A stretch of DNA of 64,000 nt. It comes from a virus. The translations under genes and the position numbers were made by a program. The stretch spans positions 101,485 through 165,484 of IMG/VR virus record IMGVR_UViG_3300036766_001793. One strand, given 5' to 3'. Below are positions 36,142 through 45,753 of the stretch, piece after piece (positions within the stretch are counted from its first letter, which is position 1; each line of letters starts with the position of its first letter). The notes below the pieces were generated by a model, which searched no databases, was not told the DNA's origin, and saw nothing but the letters and a program-made list of their open reading frames with translations.

Positions 36142-36394
36142 CTTTCTTCTCCGAGCTCCTCTTCCTCTTCCTTAGCACGGCCGCCATGAATGCGTTGCCG
36201 GAGGCGGCCTCCTCCAGGTCGAGCGGCGGCAGCGGCTCCAGCCTGAACCGCCTCTTGTACTCCCTCAGGTTCTGGAGCTCCTGCTCTATTGCGGCCTCGC
36301 CCCAGCGCTCCTCCCGGAGCTGCTTGGCGAAGTCCTCCTCCTCGAGCGAGAAGAACCTCCCCGCCCGCCTGGACATGGTGTCAAACGGGGACAT
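36131..36394 (-). CDS. Hypothetical protein
   Basis: Coupled ORF. Confidence 0.65.
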   Translation of the reverse strand: MSPFDTMSRRAGRFFSLEEEDFAKQLREERWGEAAIEQELQNLREYKRRFRLEPLPPLDLEEAASGNAFMAAVLRKRKRSSEKKDGD

Positions 36395-36638
36395 CGCCGT
36401 CCTGCTCCCCGGCCTCCGCCTTCCGCCTCCAGAATTCTACCAGCTCCGCCAGGGTCCTCTCGCCCTTGGTCATGTCCTCCTCGGTGAACCGCAGCCCGGT
36501 CTCGACGTTCGTCGCCGAGCCTGCCCAGTCTCTGAACGCGCGGCCCAGCTCCTCGTACCGCTCGGCCTTGGCCATCGCCCGGCGGCGGACCTCGGTGGCG
36601 TGGTTGAGCGGCCTCTCCCTGGAGATGTAAATAGACAT
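36381..36638 (-). CDS. Hypothetical protein
   Basis: TACAAT and GGAGG upstream. Confidence 0.7.
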   Translation of the reverse strand: MSIYISRERPLNHATEVRRRAMAKAERYEELGRAFRDWAGSATNVETGLRFTEEDMTKGERTLAELVEFWRRKAEAGEQDGDVPV

Positions 36639-36677
36639 AGCCCCTCCATTGTACGGCCTGGGCAGCGCCCCCGCAGC

Positions 36678-39200
36678 CTAGGTCGCCCTCCCCGCCAGGA
36701 GAGGGTTCCTCTTCCTGATGCCGCCGAACATCTCCTGGGCGTCCCCGAGGATCTGCATGACCGGCCCGTCGTCCGCCGCCCTTATGGCGAGCGCATTGGA
36801 CCAAAAGGCATCGCCGTGTCCATCCGAGGTCTCCACGGACCTGAGCGCCTTGTCGACGGCGACTATCTGGGAGGTCTGCCTCCGGTCGTCCAGCAGGATG
36901 ATGCCCATCTCGTCGTCGTCCGCGTAGAACCTCGACTCCATGGCCAGGGCCATCTGGGCCTTCGTCTTAGCGTTGAAGGCCATGCCCAGGGCCTGCCTGG
37001 GCATGTTGCGGTCCTCCATCTCCGCCCTGGTGTTATCGTAGTAGAACCGCCTGATCTTGAAGTGGTCGATGATCTGCCTCACCCTCTTCGCCTGGGACCG
37101 GTAGTCCATCCCGTCGAGGAACTCCTGGTAAACCTGGACCAGGTCCCCTGTCGGCATGAGGGCGAACACCGCCAGATGGGTCGGGTGCACCTGCTTCCCG
37201 ACGTCCATGCCGCCGTAACACCCGAGCGTGCCGACGGAGCTGAACGACTCGTCGAGGCCTATGGGTCTCAGCTGCCTGTCCACGCACGACTCGATGACCT
37301 CGATCGGGATGAAGGCGCTGATCGCGAGGACCGGAACGAGCATGTACTCGACCTGGTAGGCCCGGTCCTTGATCCTCTGCCTCGTCCTGGCCAGCCTCGC
37401 CTGGTCGAACTTCTCCGGCCAGAGCACCTGCCCATCCCCGAACTCAGCTGGGAACCTGCCCCAGAAGTAGGAGGCGGTGTCCTTCCTCTTGTAGAGGGTG
37501 TCCTCGTAGGACTGGGGAGTGCCGATCAGGATCAGGCTGTCATCCTCGTCCGGGAGCGACTCGAGCGACTGGGTGAAGATAGCTTCGATGCGCCGAATCT
37601 GCTTCGGCTCAAGCGCGTTGGCAAAATCCGATAAAATGTCATCACAATTATGCACAATTATGTTATATCTTAGTTGGTAAGTATGGTCCTCCTCCACGTT
37701 CAAGTTATACACCGTTCCAGTATAGTGTTCTATGCCTAGACTTACTACAGTCTGCCCATTGTGCGTAAGCACCAAGTCCTTGATCAGCTCATCGTGCTGT
37801 GTGCTGATGTTCGTCTTTGTGTGACACGACCTGCACAACGCGACCAGGTTGTCCACTGCGTTGTTCCATCGGTCCCTGTCTATGTGGTGTACGTCCAGCC
37901 GCCGCCCCAGAGCGTCGTCCGCCTCGGCTGCCATGCACCAAGCACACGACCGGCCGTACAACCCTCGAATTTGCTCCCTCAGCGACTCGGTGAACTCAGC
38001 TCCCGCCGCCCTGCGCCTTGTAGATGATCCACCCCGCCAGTTAGGATTAGATTCTCCTGAGAATCGTAATCCCCAATCAAGATTCTTACATTTTCGAGAG
38101 CAATATAGGACCCCTCCTCTCTCTACTGCATACCGCACTTTCGCAGGGGTGACTGTCCGCGTCCCCTCGCATCCGTCCCTAGCGCACGTGAAGATCGCTG
38201 GCCCACCCGCCCATCTACCATTCTTGATCCCCGTTCTGTCAGCGGCGTGATTATTGAACGCCACGACACATCCTTTTCCACAAAATCTCTGCCCATGCGC
38301 ATATCTGACGAAGAAACTGGCCCCACACTCCTCACACAATGACCTTCGCCTGGGTCTCCGGCCCTGCTCATCAAGCAGAGTCCCGGTCTCCAGCACGTCG
38401 CCAATTTCTATGTCCCCAGCGGCAATCCATCCGCGCTTCGTCAGAAACTGATGATTCGGGGTGACACGGATAACTTGCCTACCATACCCGACAAGTACTA
38501 GTTCCCCGTCATATGGGCGACTCTGGGCCTCCAGCACCTCACGATACTTGCCAGAATGTCCGACCACCCAATCCCCGGCCATGACCTCCGAGATGGGCCG
38601 ATAGCCCATCTTGCTCACCCGCACTTCCGTGTCCGGGGTGAAGCACACGAGGAACTTGGGATGAAGGCCGCGGACGGTCGACATGATCCCGTACGGGTCC
38701 ACTTGCCCGCGCCAGTGCACGCCGTCGCCGAAGGTGCAGTCGAAGTCCACCACGGACTCCGCCGCCTTCTTGTTGTCCGTCCACATCCGGCAGTAGGGGT
38801 TCGCGGAGATGAACTTCTTGATCTTCGTCGTGTGCTCTTGTGCCAGCGTGTCCTTGAACGACATCACGATCCCGTCCACGTCCTGCCAGGCCCTGAACAG
38901 CTTCCAGAAGCTGAAGGCGTGGTTCAGGACGGTGGACTTGAGGTGGCCGCGGGGGGCCAGGATGCACACCCTCGGGTGCTCCTGGGCTATCATCGCCCAG
39001 GTGTAGTGGATGGCCCCAAGCTCGAACTGGTGGTATTTCCGGTCGGCCAGGCGGAACTTCCGGCCGGCGAAGCTCTTCGGGAAGACGTGCATCAGGAAGA
39101 ACGGGAAGGACGCCTGCGCCGCCCTGATGGTGGCCAGCTCCTCGGCCGAGAAGGGCTCAACGGGGGCCTGCGGCTGGCTAGTCCTCCTCGTCGCCCTCAT
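36678..39200 (-). CDS. terL: Terminase large subunit with an intein
   Basis: APRGHLKST Walker A, RGLHP, LV/CDDIL Walker B, IGTP, GMDVG nuclease, HGDAFW. Confidence 0.93.
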   Translation of the reverse strand: MRATRRTSQPQAPVEPFSAEELATIRAAQASFPFFLMHVFPKSFAGRKFRLADRKYHQFELGAIHYTWAMIAQEHPRVCILAPRGHLKSTVLNHAFSFWKLFRAWQDVDGIVMSFKDTLAQEHTTKIKKFISANPYCRMWTDNKKAAESVVDFDCTFGDGVHWRGQVDPYGIMSTVRGLHPKFLVCFTPDTEVRVSKMGYRPISEVMAGDWVVGHSGKYREVLEAQSRPYDGELVLVGYGRQVIRVTPNHQFLTKRGWIAAGDIEIGDVLETGTLLDEQGRRPRRRSLCEECGASFFVRYAHGQRFCGKGCVVAFNNHAADRTGIKNGRWAGGPAIFTCARDGCEGTRTVTPAKVRYAVERGGVLYCSRKCKNLDWGLRFSGESNPNWRGGSSTRRRAAGAEFTESLREQIRGLYGRSCAWCMAAEADDALGRRLDVHHIDRDRWNNAVDNLVALCRSCHTKTNISTQHDELIKDLVLTHNGQTVVSLGIEHYTGTVYNLNVEEDHTYQLRYNIIVHNCDDILSDFANALEPKQIRRIEAIFTQSLESLPDEDDSLILIGTPQSYEDTLYKRKDTASYFWGRFPAEFGDGQVLWPEKFDQARLARTRQRIKDRAYQVEYMLVPVLAISAFIPIEVIESCVDRQLRPIGLDESFSSVGTLGCYGGMDVGKQVHPTHLAVFALMPTGDLVQVYQEFLDGMDYRSQAKRVRQIIDHFKIRRFYYDNTRAEMEDRNMPRQALGMAFNAKTKAQMALAMESRFYADDDEMGIILLDDRRQTSQIVAVDKALRSVETSDGHGDAFWSNALAIRAADDGPVMQILGDAQEMFGGIRKRNPLLAGRAT
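37647..38645 (-). mobile_element. TerL intein with Zn-finger/HNH endonuclease (333 aa)
   Basis: CFTPDT...TPNHQF...CxxC repeats, NPNWRGG, VHHID...N...NLVALCRSCH...IVHN/C; lower GC. Confidence 0.93.
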
Positions 39201-39819
39201 GCGGCTCTTCCTCCCGGCCGCTCGGCAGCCTCACGTTGTCCCCGCCGAACCTGCCCACGACGTCCAACCTCCCGACCGGGATGACGGAATGGAACTCCCT
39301 CGTCAGCCTGTCGAGGTGGGCCTGGACGTCCTCCTCGACCTTGGCATCCACTATTGGCTTCGCGGCCCCGTCGAGGTCCTGCAGCCTGACCGCCAGCTCG
39401 GCGCAGGTGGCGTTGTACTCGAAGGCCCTCCCGAACCACCGCCACAGCTGGCCCTCCAGGTACATCCTCCTTGAGGACGGGAGTTCCTGGTCCGCCAGCT
39501 CGTCCTCTATCTCCGCTAGCTTCTGCATCGCCTCCTGGGTGAGGTCGCGCATGTTCTGGAAGGCGTCGAAGCTGGCGGAGATCTTCTCGTACCGGCGCCT
39601 GAGCCACCTGGAGGTGACCGTTGGGAGGTGGAGGTCGGCCGGCGCCGACCTGAGGGCGTGCTGGATGTGGTGGTAGCGCAGGTCGACGTACCCTGCCGCC
39701 ACCGCCCGGTCCAGTATCTCCTGGATGGAGACCTGGCCCTGCCTCAGGCTGACGGCCTCGCCCCAGAAGGGGTGACCGTAGCCGAACCTGGCAGCCGGAA
39801 TGATGGACCTGCCTTCCAT
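39178..39819 (-). CDS. Hypothetical protein, candidate terminase small subunit
   Basis: Helical protein directly upstream of TerL; position is the only evidence for function. Confidence 0.6.
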   Translation of the reverse strand: MEGRSIIPAARFGYGHPFWGEAVSLRQGQVSIQEILDRAVAAGYVDLRYHHIQHALRSAPADLHLPTVTSRWLRRRYEKISASFDAFQNMRDLTQEAMQKLAEIEDELADQELPSSRRMYLEGQLWRWFGRAFEYNATCAELAVRLQDLDGAAKPIVDAKVEEDVQAHLDRLTREFHSVIPVGRLDVVGRFGGDNVRLPSGREEEPHEGDEED

Positions 39820-39820
39820 T

Positions 39821-40399
39821 CTATTTTGGGGTGTAGCCCAGCTGGGCTGACAGAGTGAGCCTGAAGTCCACGAATTCTATCGGGCTGAACCGCCCGCGGC
39901 GCCTCTTGGGGGCATCCACGAAGCTGAGCAGCCAGAAGGCCCCGCACATGAAGGCCAGCAGCGGGCGCCAGCTCACGGTCTCGCCGTTGCTGATGATGGC
40001 CCTCTCTATTTCCCGGACCTCGGTCACGAACTGGATGTCTATCGACGGAAGCTCGCCGCCGCCTATGACGCGCTCGGCGACCTCCAGGAGCGCCGCCTTG
40101 ACCGCGGTGAGGACCTCCGCCGGGACCATGGCGGCGACCACCGCCGCGCCCCTCACGAACTCTGGGAACGCCACCTCCGGCTCGGTCCCGGGGATCTCGA
40201 AGATGAGGCTGATGATCTCCGGGGAGCTCGAGTCGACGGTCTCGGGGTCCGGGATCTTGCTCGTGACCAGGAGGGTCTTCGCCTCCTTCGGGAACTCGGT
40301 GAACCTCGGGTAGAGCCTCTGTAGGCTCAGGGCCTCGTAGGCATCCCTGATGTGGTCCGGGGCCTCCGGCACCGGAATGATTGGTCCAACTGCCTGCAT
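39821..40399 (-). CDS. Hypothetical protein
   Basis: GGAG RBS. Confidence 0.7.
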   Translation of the reverse strand: MQAVGPIIPVPEAPDHIRDAYEALSLQRLYPRFTEFPKEAKTLLVTSKIPDPETVDSSSPEIISLIFEIPGTEPEVAFPEFVRGAAVVAAMVPAEVLTAVKAALLEVAERVIGGGELPSIDIQFVTEVREIERAIISNGETVSWRPLLAFMCGAFWLLSFVDAPKRRRGRFSPIEFVDFRLTLSAQLGYTPK

Positions 40400-40408
40400 G
40401 GTCTCTCC

Positions 40409-40852
40409 CTACCTTCCGAAGTTCTCGAAGCCCCTGAACATCTTGCCTATGTGGGCGGCGAAGTCCTTCTCGCCCTCGCCTGACTGGGCGTTGCTCCTGA
40501 GCTCCTCGACGAACCTCACCGAGGTCGTGGGCGCGTCTATTGAGATGGGCCCCTGGGACGGCGGTGACCACGCCGGATCCCCTGGGCTGGCCTCTACCGC
40601 GGCGTCGGCCGCTGGGCTCCTGGCCGCGCTTGGCTGCCCTGGTCCGTCCGCCACTCGGGGGACGATGATGCCGTGCTGGTCGTGCAGCTCTAGGCCGATC
40701 GCATTCAACTGCCCGGCGGCCGCCCTGAGGGCGGCGAGGGTCTCCTCGTATTGCTTCTTCATGGCGTACCAGATCGAGACGAGCTCGCCCGGGTCTGGAT
40801 CCACCTCCTTCTCTCCTGTGGCCGCCGTGGCCTGTTCGTCATCTGGATGCAT
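40409..40852 (-). CDS. Hypothetical protein
   Basis: GAGG RBS. Confidence 0.7.
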   Translation of the reverse strand: MHPDDEQATAATGEKEVDPDPGELVSIWYAMKKQYEETLAALRAAAGQLNAIGLELHDQHGIIVPRVADGPGQPSAARSPAADAAVEASPGDPAWSPPSQGPISIDAPTTSVRFVEELRSNAQSGEGEKDFAAHIGKMFRGFENFGR

Positions 40853-41237
40853 GCTTAGTACCTCTTGTTGATTCTACCATGTCTAGAGTGATGAGGTCGC
40901 CGTCCCTCATGCGGGCCCGAAGAGCCCGCACCTTCGCCAGGTACGGATCCTCCGGCCTGGACTCCAGGGTATCCGGATCGACTGTGGTTATCCCGGCCCT
41001 GTTAGAATACTTCGACCCGAGGCAGGGGCAGAAGGAGCAGACCAGGTCGTCCCACCTCGGGCACCCGCCAGCGCATCCCTTCTTGAAGAGCGGGCACCTC
41101 CCGCAGTCGTCGATGCAAACCACCTCCTGGGCCAGGGGCGAGGGCACTATGAGGGAGAAGGCCCCGGCCACCCAGCCCTTGCTGTTGGTCCTCTTCCCGT
41201 CGGAAGGGTCGGCGGCCTGGTCCCCGCTGGCCGCCAC
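40839..41237 (-). CDS. Cys-rich hypothetical protein
   Basis: C...C..C......C.GGC......C..C.C cluster. Confidence 0.65.
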   Translation of the reverse strand: MAASGDQAADPSDGKRTNSKGWVAGAFSLIVPSPLAQEVVCIDDCGRCPLFKKGCAGGCPRWDDLVCSFCPCLGSKYSNRAGITTVDPDTLESRPEDPYLAKVRALRARMRDGDLITLDMVESTRGTKHASR

Positions 41238-41238
41238 C

Positions 41239-41826
41239 TTACCCAGTGTAGCGGGACTCCGACTCCCGCCTAGACTGCTCCCTGGACAGCCTCACGAGCT
41301 GCTCGTGGTAGATGGTGGACTGGATCTCGAGGAGCTTCGTCCGGTGTCTCCTGGCTATGAGGGACTTGTGGAGCTTGTTGAGATCGGGATTCTGGGAGAT
41401 GGCGATTGCCCTCAGGATCTCCTTCACCGGCGTGCGCCTGGCGTGCCTGTCCGCCTCTTCCTGCATCGCCAGCCCGAGCTTGATGTCGAACACCTCCTGG
41501 AAGGCGCCGTTTGTCCCCTCCTCCTCGCCGAGCACCCCGATGGAATAGGTGTAGTAGGCGGTCAGCTGGAGCTGGAGCTGGCCGAGCTGCGAGGACGTCA
41601 GGACCTTCAGGTCGGTCGGGAAGTCGTACTGCTCCCCGAGCGCGGAGGGCCTCACCATGCGCGGGAGGCCGAGCCCCCTCATGAAGGTGTGCGACGCCTT
41701 CACGACTCGGCCGACCGACCAAGCTTCGCCGGCCGAGACCTCCCCGGGCTCCGGGGTCTCACCGGGCGGGGGCAGCTCGGCGTGGCGGCCCTCGGGCTCT
41801 TCGTTGTCCAGATACTCTTCGGTCAT
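41239..41826 (-). CDS. Helical hypothetical protein (possible recombination mediator)
   Basis: Coiled-coil ORF ending LSREQSRR. Confidence 0.65.
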   Translation of the reverse strand: MTEEYLDNEEPEGRHAELPPPGETPEPGEVSAGEAWSVGRVVKASHTFMRGLGLPRMVRPSALGEQYDFPTDLKVLTSSQLGQLQLQLTAYYTYSIGVLGEEEGTNGAFQEVFDIKLGLAMQEEADRHARRTPVKEILRAIAISQNPDLNKLHKSLIARRHRTKLLEIQSTIYHEQLVRLSREQSRRESESRYTG

Positions 41827-41829
41827 GCG

Positions 41830-42744
41830 TCACTCATCGAAGTAGATCTCATCCTCGTCGGCCTGGCCGCCCTCGGCGCCCGTGTATAAGGCCTCCCGTC
41901 CCTCGTTGGGCGAAACCCACACAGTCCCACCGGCAGCCGTCGCAAGGAGGGCGGCGTCGGCCTGGGCGACCACGGCCGCCTCCCCGTCCTGCAGCCTGTA
42001 GCAGACCAGCTCCCTGTAGCACCTGCTGCAAGTCATGGACCGCCTCTTGAACGGCGGCGGTATGAGCCTCTGCTCTCTGGTGGCCGCCTGGGCGGCGGTG
42101 CTGTTCCTGAAAGCGTCTGCGATCATCCTGTCGTCGAACCTCACCCATATGATCTTGAACCCCTGGGTGTCGGTGTTCTCGAAGAGGAAGAAGCAGTCCG
42201 GCGAGACGCCGCCCTCTATGTGGCCCCTGAACGTGGCGTAATACTGGCAGAGCTGGTAGGTGTAGGCCATCCTGGCCCTGGCCATCGCGTAGGCCATCCT
42301 CACCGGGTCCGGGTCCTGGGGCGGGAGGGACGAGTAGCCGTTGGAGTTGATGGTCTTGATCTCGCCGAGGTGGCTGAGCCCTGTCTTGGGGTTGAGGCAC
42401 AGGAGGTCGTACTCGCCGCTCCACTCCCCGGGGATCTTCAGCCTCACCCCGGCGGAGACCAGCAGCCCCTTCGCAGCGAGCTCCTGGGACCACCTCTTGT
42501 GGGCATCCGTCCCGTTGTCCATCCTGCGACGGTTCAGTGGCTTCACCTCGGTCTTGTGCCCGAGCATCCCGAGCTGGATGTCCCGCGGGCATGCGCTGCC
42601 GGCGCTGGACGGGTGGACCTCTATGTTCGGGGCGGCCCACCGCTCGGACTCCGCCCCGATCTTCGAGGAGTCGATGGCAGTGCCTAGCCAGTCCCCGGTG
42701 CTCATCTGCTTGAGGAGCCTCGCGACCCCCTGCTTCTCAGGCAT
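41830..42744 (-). CDS. Cas4-like PD-(D/E)XK exonuclease
   Basis: HPSS...CPR, G...H, GEYD, EIKT, Q...Y, C-terminal CxxC.....C. Confidence 0.85.
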   Translation of the reverse strand: MPEKQGVARLLKQMSTGDWLGTAIDSSKIGAESERWAAPNIEVHPSSAGSACPRDIQLGMLGHKTEVKPLNRRRMDNGTDAHKRWSQELAAKGLLVSAGVRLKIPGEWSGEYDLLCLNPKTGLSHLGEIKTINSNGYSSLPPQDPDPVRMAYAMARARMAYTYQLCQYYATFRGHIEGGVSPDCFFLFENTDTQGFKIIWVRFDDRMIADAFRNSTAAQAATREQRLIPPPFKRRSMTCSRCYRELVCYRLQDGEAAVVAQADAALLATAAGGTVWVSPNEGREALYTGAEGGQADEDEIYFDE

Positions 42745-43648
42745 CCCTGGGGCCCTTGGTGTCCCTGGCCGCGAATCTTCGTGCCCACATACCAGCCGGT
42801 GCGGCCCACTGCATCGCCGTATTAGCCTGCTCAGCAGGCCGCTCGAGGAGCTTTCTGGCGGTCCGCAGGGCATTTCCGGCATCCTTGACGACAGTGTCCC
42901 ACCGCGCAATTGGATCTGTCGAGAGGGCCTCGGGTTCTGTCGGGATGAGCCCCGGGCGGACGAGTGGATCGAGCCAGGTGGTGGCGGCCTCCACCTTGTC
43001 CGCCATGTCGTAGTGGCGCTCGTAGATGTGGGCGCTGCCGGCGAGGTGTGTGTACCCGCCGACCTCGAGACCCAGCGCCCAGGCGATGCCCTGCTGGACA
43101 GCCACGAAGCAGGGGACGTCGTTCGCGAGGCCCCAGACGAGGTCCCACGATCTCATGTTGACCACCATCTCCAGCCGCCCGCCGCGGTTGAAGAATTGCC
43201 ACGTCGCAGTACAGGGCTGATCAGTGGTAGACGATGCGTGGATGCGCTCCAGGTCGGTGTCGCGTCCGACGTAGACCACCGCCCTGCGGCTGTCTGGGTC
43301 CTTCTGGAGTTCGGCCACCACCAGGCGGATCTGCCCGGCGGTCCTGGGGCCGTAGGCCCCGCCGGCGGTGAGGAGCTTCGACGCGAGCGGGGACACGGCC
43401 TCGAAGAGTGCCCCGTCGAACTCGCCCGCGAGTATCTGGCAGATCTCCATGTATGTCAGCGCGCGGTTTATCCCTGGACGCTTGGTGAAGCACCTCTCCG
43501 GCCGGCTGAGGGTCAGCAGGAGCGGCCGGACCTCGCGGACCTCCATCCCCCTGGGCCGGACGACGTCCCCCTGCCTCATCACGTCCGATAGGAGCTTCTT
43601 GTAGTCAGCGCCGAGGTCCTGGGTGTGCAGACAGAGCAGGTTAGACAA
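42737..43648 (-). CDS. Thymidylate-synthase-fold enzyme, dCMP (hydroxy)methylase-like
   Basis: AYGPR, DSRRA, DQPCT, MRSWDLVWGLAND, SAHIYE; TTG start inferred. Confidence 0.88.
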   Translation of the reverse strand: MSNLLCLHTQDLGADYKKLLSDVMRQGDVVRPRGMEVREVRPLLLTLSRPERCFTKRPGINRALTYMEICQILAGEFDGALFEAVSPLASKLLTAGGAYGPRTAGQIRLVVAELQKDPDSRRAVVYVGRDTDLERIHASSTTDQPCTATWQFFNRGGRLEMVVNMRSWDLVWGLANDVPCFVAVQQGIAWALGLEVGGYTHLAGSAHIYERHYDMADKVEAATTWLDPLVRPGLIPTEPEALSTDPIARWDTVVKDAGNALRTARKLLERPAEQANTAMQWAAPAGMWARRFAARDTKGPRDA

Positions 43649-44585
43649 GCCTGAACCCCCTCCTGGCGAGGGCCGGGAAGTCCTCCCAGTGCTCGTCCCC
43701 CACGAGGGACCTGCCGTAGCGGGAGACGTCCTTGTACCTGGTCCTCTGGACGAGGTCTGGACCGGGGAGGACGGAGTGCCTGAGACCGAGCCTGTTGAGA
43801 TCGTGATGGGCCTCATCGCTCAGCGAGACGAAGTGGGTGGTGGTCCATGTCTCTGGCGGTCGGAAATCGTGTGGCAGGCGCTCAACTATGCAGATCTTGT
43901 TGAGTGTGGGGCGATCGTCCACCGGCTTCCCGGCCCCGGCGGCGGAGAGGGCTCGGTACAGGAACTCCGTGGGATTGGCCCCCGCGAAGCAGATCCCGGG
44001 GCTGTACCGGTTCCCGAAGCACTCCACGCCGTCGAAAGGGTCCGGGATGCTGCCGAAGTGGTCCACCATCCCCTTCGCGTCGGCCACTATCCGCTCGAAC
44101 ATGCCCTCGGCGGTGAAGTCGTACCAGAGCATCGGGAGGCTCGCCATCTGCTGCATGTACATGTCGTACAGCGCCCTGACGGCGTCCCTGGCCTCCGGCA
44201 CCTCGAAGGTCCTGGCGTCCTCGTCCCTCGGCGGCCGGCTGTCGAGGACGGCATCTGTCGAGGCCTTGTCCTCGGTCCTCGCGTAGAGGAGGATGCTGTT
44301 GTGGGCCATCAGGGTCCCGTCGATCGTCCAGTGGTCGAACGGACTGAGGTCGTCCATGCCGCGGAAGATGACCCCGTAGACGAAGCTGCTCGGATGCGCC
44401 CTGTCCAGGACGATAGGCCGCCCCTCCCTCGCCTTCTTCCTGATGGCGTCGAGGTAGTAGTCGACCGGCTCGTACTCCGGGGGGCCGAACTTCTGGTACC
44501 CGTAGCCCTCTGCCACGAAGGCCTCGGCGAGGGTGGTCTTCCCGCTCCCGTCGGGACCTTCGATAATAATAAATGGATGTCGCAT
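43641..44585 (-). CDS. dNMP (thymidylate-kinase-like) kinase with a C-terminal extension
   Basis: IIEGPDGSGKTT, DR.H.S..VY. Confidence 0.88.
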   Translation of the reverse strand: MRHPFIIIEGPDGSGKTTLAEAFVAEGYGYQKFGPPEYEPVDYYLDAIRKKAREGRPIVLDRAHPSSFVYGVIFRGMDDLSPFDHWTIDGTLMAHNSILLYARTEDKASTDAVLDSRPPRDEDARTFEVPEARDAVRALYDMYMQQMASLPMLWYDFTAEGMFERIVADAKGMVDHFGSIPDPFDGVECFGNRYSPGICFAGANPTEFLYRALSAAGAGKPVDDRPTLNKICIVERLPHDFRPPETWTTTHFVSLSDEAHHDLNRLGLRHSVLPGPDLVQRTRYKDVSRYGRSLVGDEHWEDFPALARRGFRLV

Positions 44586-44589
44586 CGAA

Positions 44590-45012
44590 TTATCCTACCG
44601 GCACGGGAGGGGCGTGCCTGTCGTCCTTGTCCTCTAGCCAGTACCACTCCGTGATCCCGGCCCCCTTCATGAACATCTGGCAGTCGTGACACGGCTCGAG
44701 GGTGACGTACATGACAGCGCCCCTGGTGGGGTGCCCGTGCTGGGCCGCCTGGAGGATGGCGTTGTGCTCGGCGTGTATCGCCCTCTTGCACTTGCCGTCC
44801 ACGAGGTGGCACCCGAGCGCCCCGCCCTGGGGTGATGGGTCGTCGCAGTGCCTCTCCCCAGACGGGGACCCGTTGTACCCGGTCGCTATGACGTGGCCGT
44901 CCATCACGAGGGCGGCCCCGACCTGGCGCTTGAGGCAGGTCGACGCCCCGGCCCACACCGCGGCCGTGGCGAAGTATCGCTCCCTGTGCTTGTCGTGGTG
45001 GCTAGCGCTCAT
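44590..45012 (-). CDS. dCMP deaminase
   Basis: STC...VGA, TGYNG, HAEHNA, PCHDC. Confidence 0.93.
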   Translation of the reverse strand: MSASHHDKHRERYFATAAVWAGASTCLKRQVGAALVMDGHVIATGYNGSPSGERHCDDPSPQGGALGCHLVDGKCKRAIHAEHNAILQAAQHGHPTRGAVMYVTLEPCHDCQMFMKGAGITEWYWLEDKDDRHAPPVPVG

Positions 45013-45373
45013 GGTCCCACCTTTCGTGGTTCACGTCGTTCTTGGCGAAGAACCGGCTCTCTATCTCCTGGGCTGTGCTTATCCCTGCTCCGAGGAACAT
45101 GTTGATGACGAAGTGGAGGCAGTCGACCGTCTCCTCGATGAACCTCTCCCTCTCCTCGGGCGTGATTGGCCGGCCGAAGTCCGTCCTGTGCATCTTCCAT
45201 GGGAGTGCGTCCAGGGCCTCGCCCGCCTCGCGGGCCAGGCAGTTGGAGTTCTCCTTGAGGTAGAACGTCGTTCCGTCTGATCCCCCGGCCTCCCCGAAGG
45301 CCCGAATCTTCGGGCCTACGCGGTCTTGGAGGCCGCGCTGCTTGGCTATAATCCTGTCCAGACTGTCTGTCAT
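45002..45373 (-). CDS. All-alpha dNTP pyrophosphatase (dimeric dUTPase / T4 gp56-like)
   Basis: E..E..D.LPWK.H...EETVD.LHF...KN..N..R. Confidence 0.85.
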   Translation of the reverse strand: MTDSLDRIIAKQRGLQDRVGPKIRAFGEAGGSDGTTFYLKENSNCLAREAGEALDALPWKMHRTDFGRPITPEERERFIEETVDCLHFVINMFLGAGISTAQEIESRFFAKNDVNHERWDHER

Positions 45374-45753
45374 CGCTTCCCCCTGGCCCTGGCGCGCCTC
45401 TCCGCTAGCCCCTCCTGGGCGCCCAGCCACCCGTCTACCGCCTCGAACATGCCGGCCCGCTTCCCCTTTAGGAGGTCCGCGTCCGTGAACCTCATGATGG
45501 GTATGCCGAGCTCCCCGAGGATCCAGGCGTCCCGCTCTGCGTCCCGCCGCCTCTGGGCCGTGGACGCGTGGAAGTCCCTCCCGTCGTACTCGAAGCCGGC
45601 GTGGACCTCCTCCGCGTAGCAGTCGATGCTGTACCTGCCTGCCGGGTGCTCGTCCTCCACGACGAACCCCATGGCCTCCACGAGGAACCTGTGCAGAGCC
45701 CTGTGCCCGCTGGTGCCGGTCGTGCCCCTCTCCTGGCCGTCAAGCTGCGGCAT
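45370..45753 (-). CDS. DUF559/Vsr-like endonuclease
   Basis: YSIDCY...FEYDG..FH...RRD..RD. Confidence 0.8.
   Translation of the reverse strand: MPQLDGQERGTTGTSGHRALHRFLVEAMGFVVEDEHPAGRYSIDCYAEEVHAGFEYDGRDFHASTAQRRRDAERDAWILGELGIPIMRFTDADLLKGKRAGMFEAVDGWLGAQEGLAERRARARGKR

Noticed and set aside
41830-42744. Cas4-like gene as evidence of CRISPR-Cas
   Set aside because: No repeat-spacer array or other cas genes seen; solo Cas4-like nucleases are common in phages.
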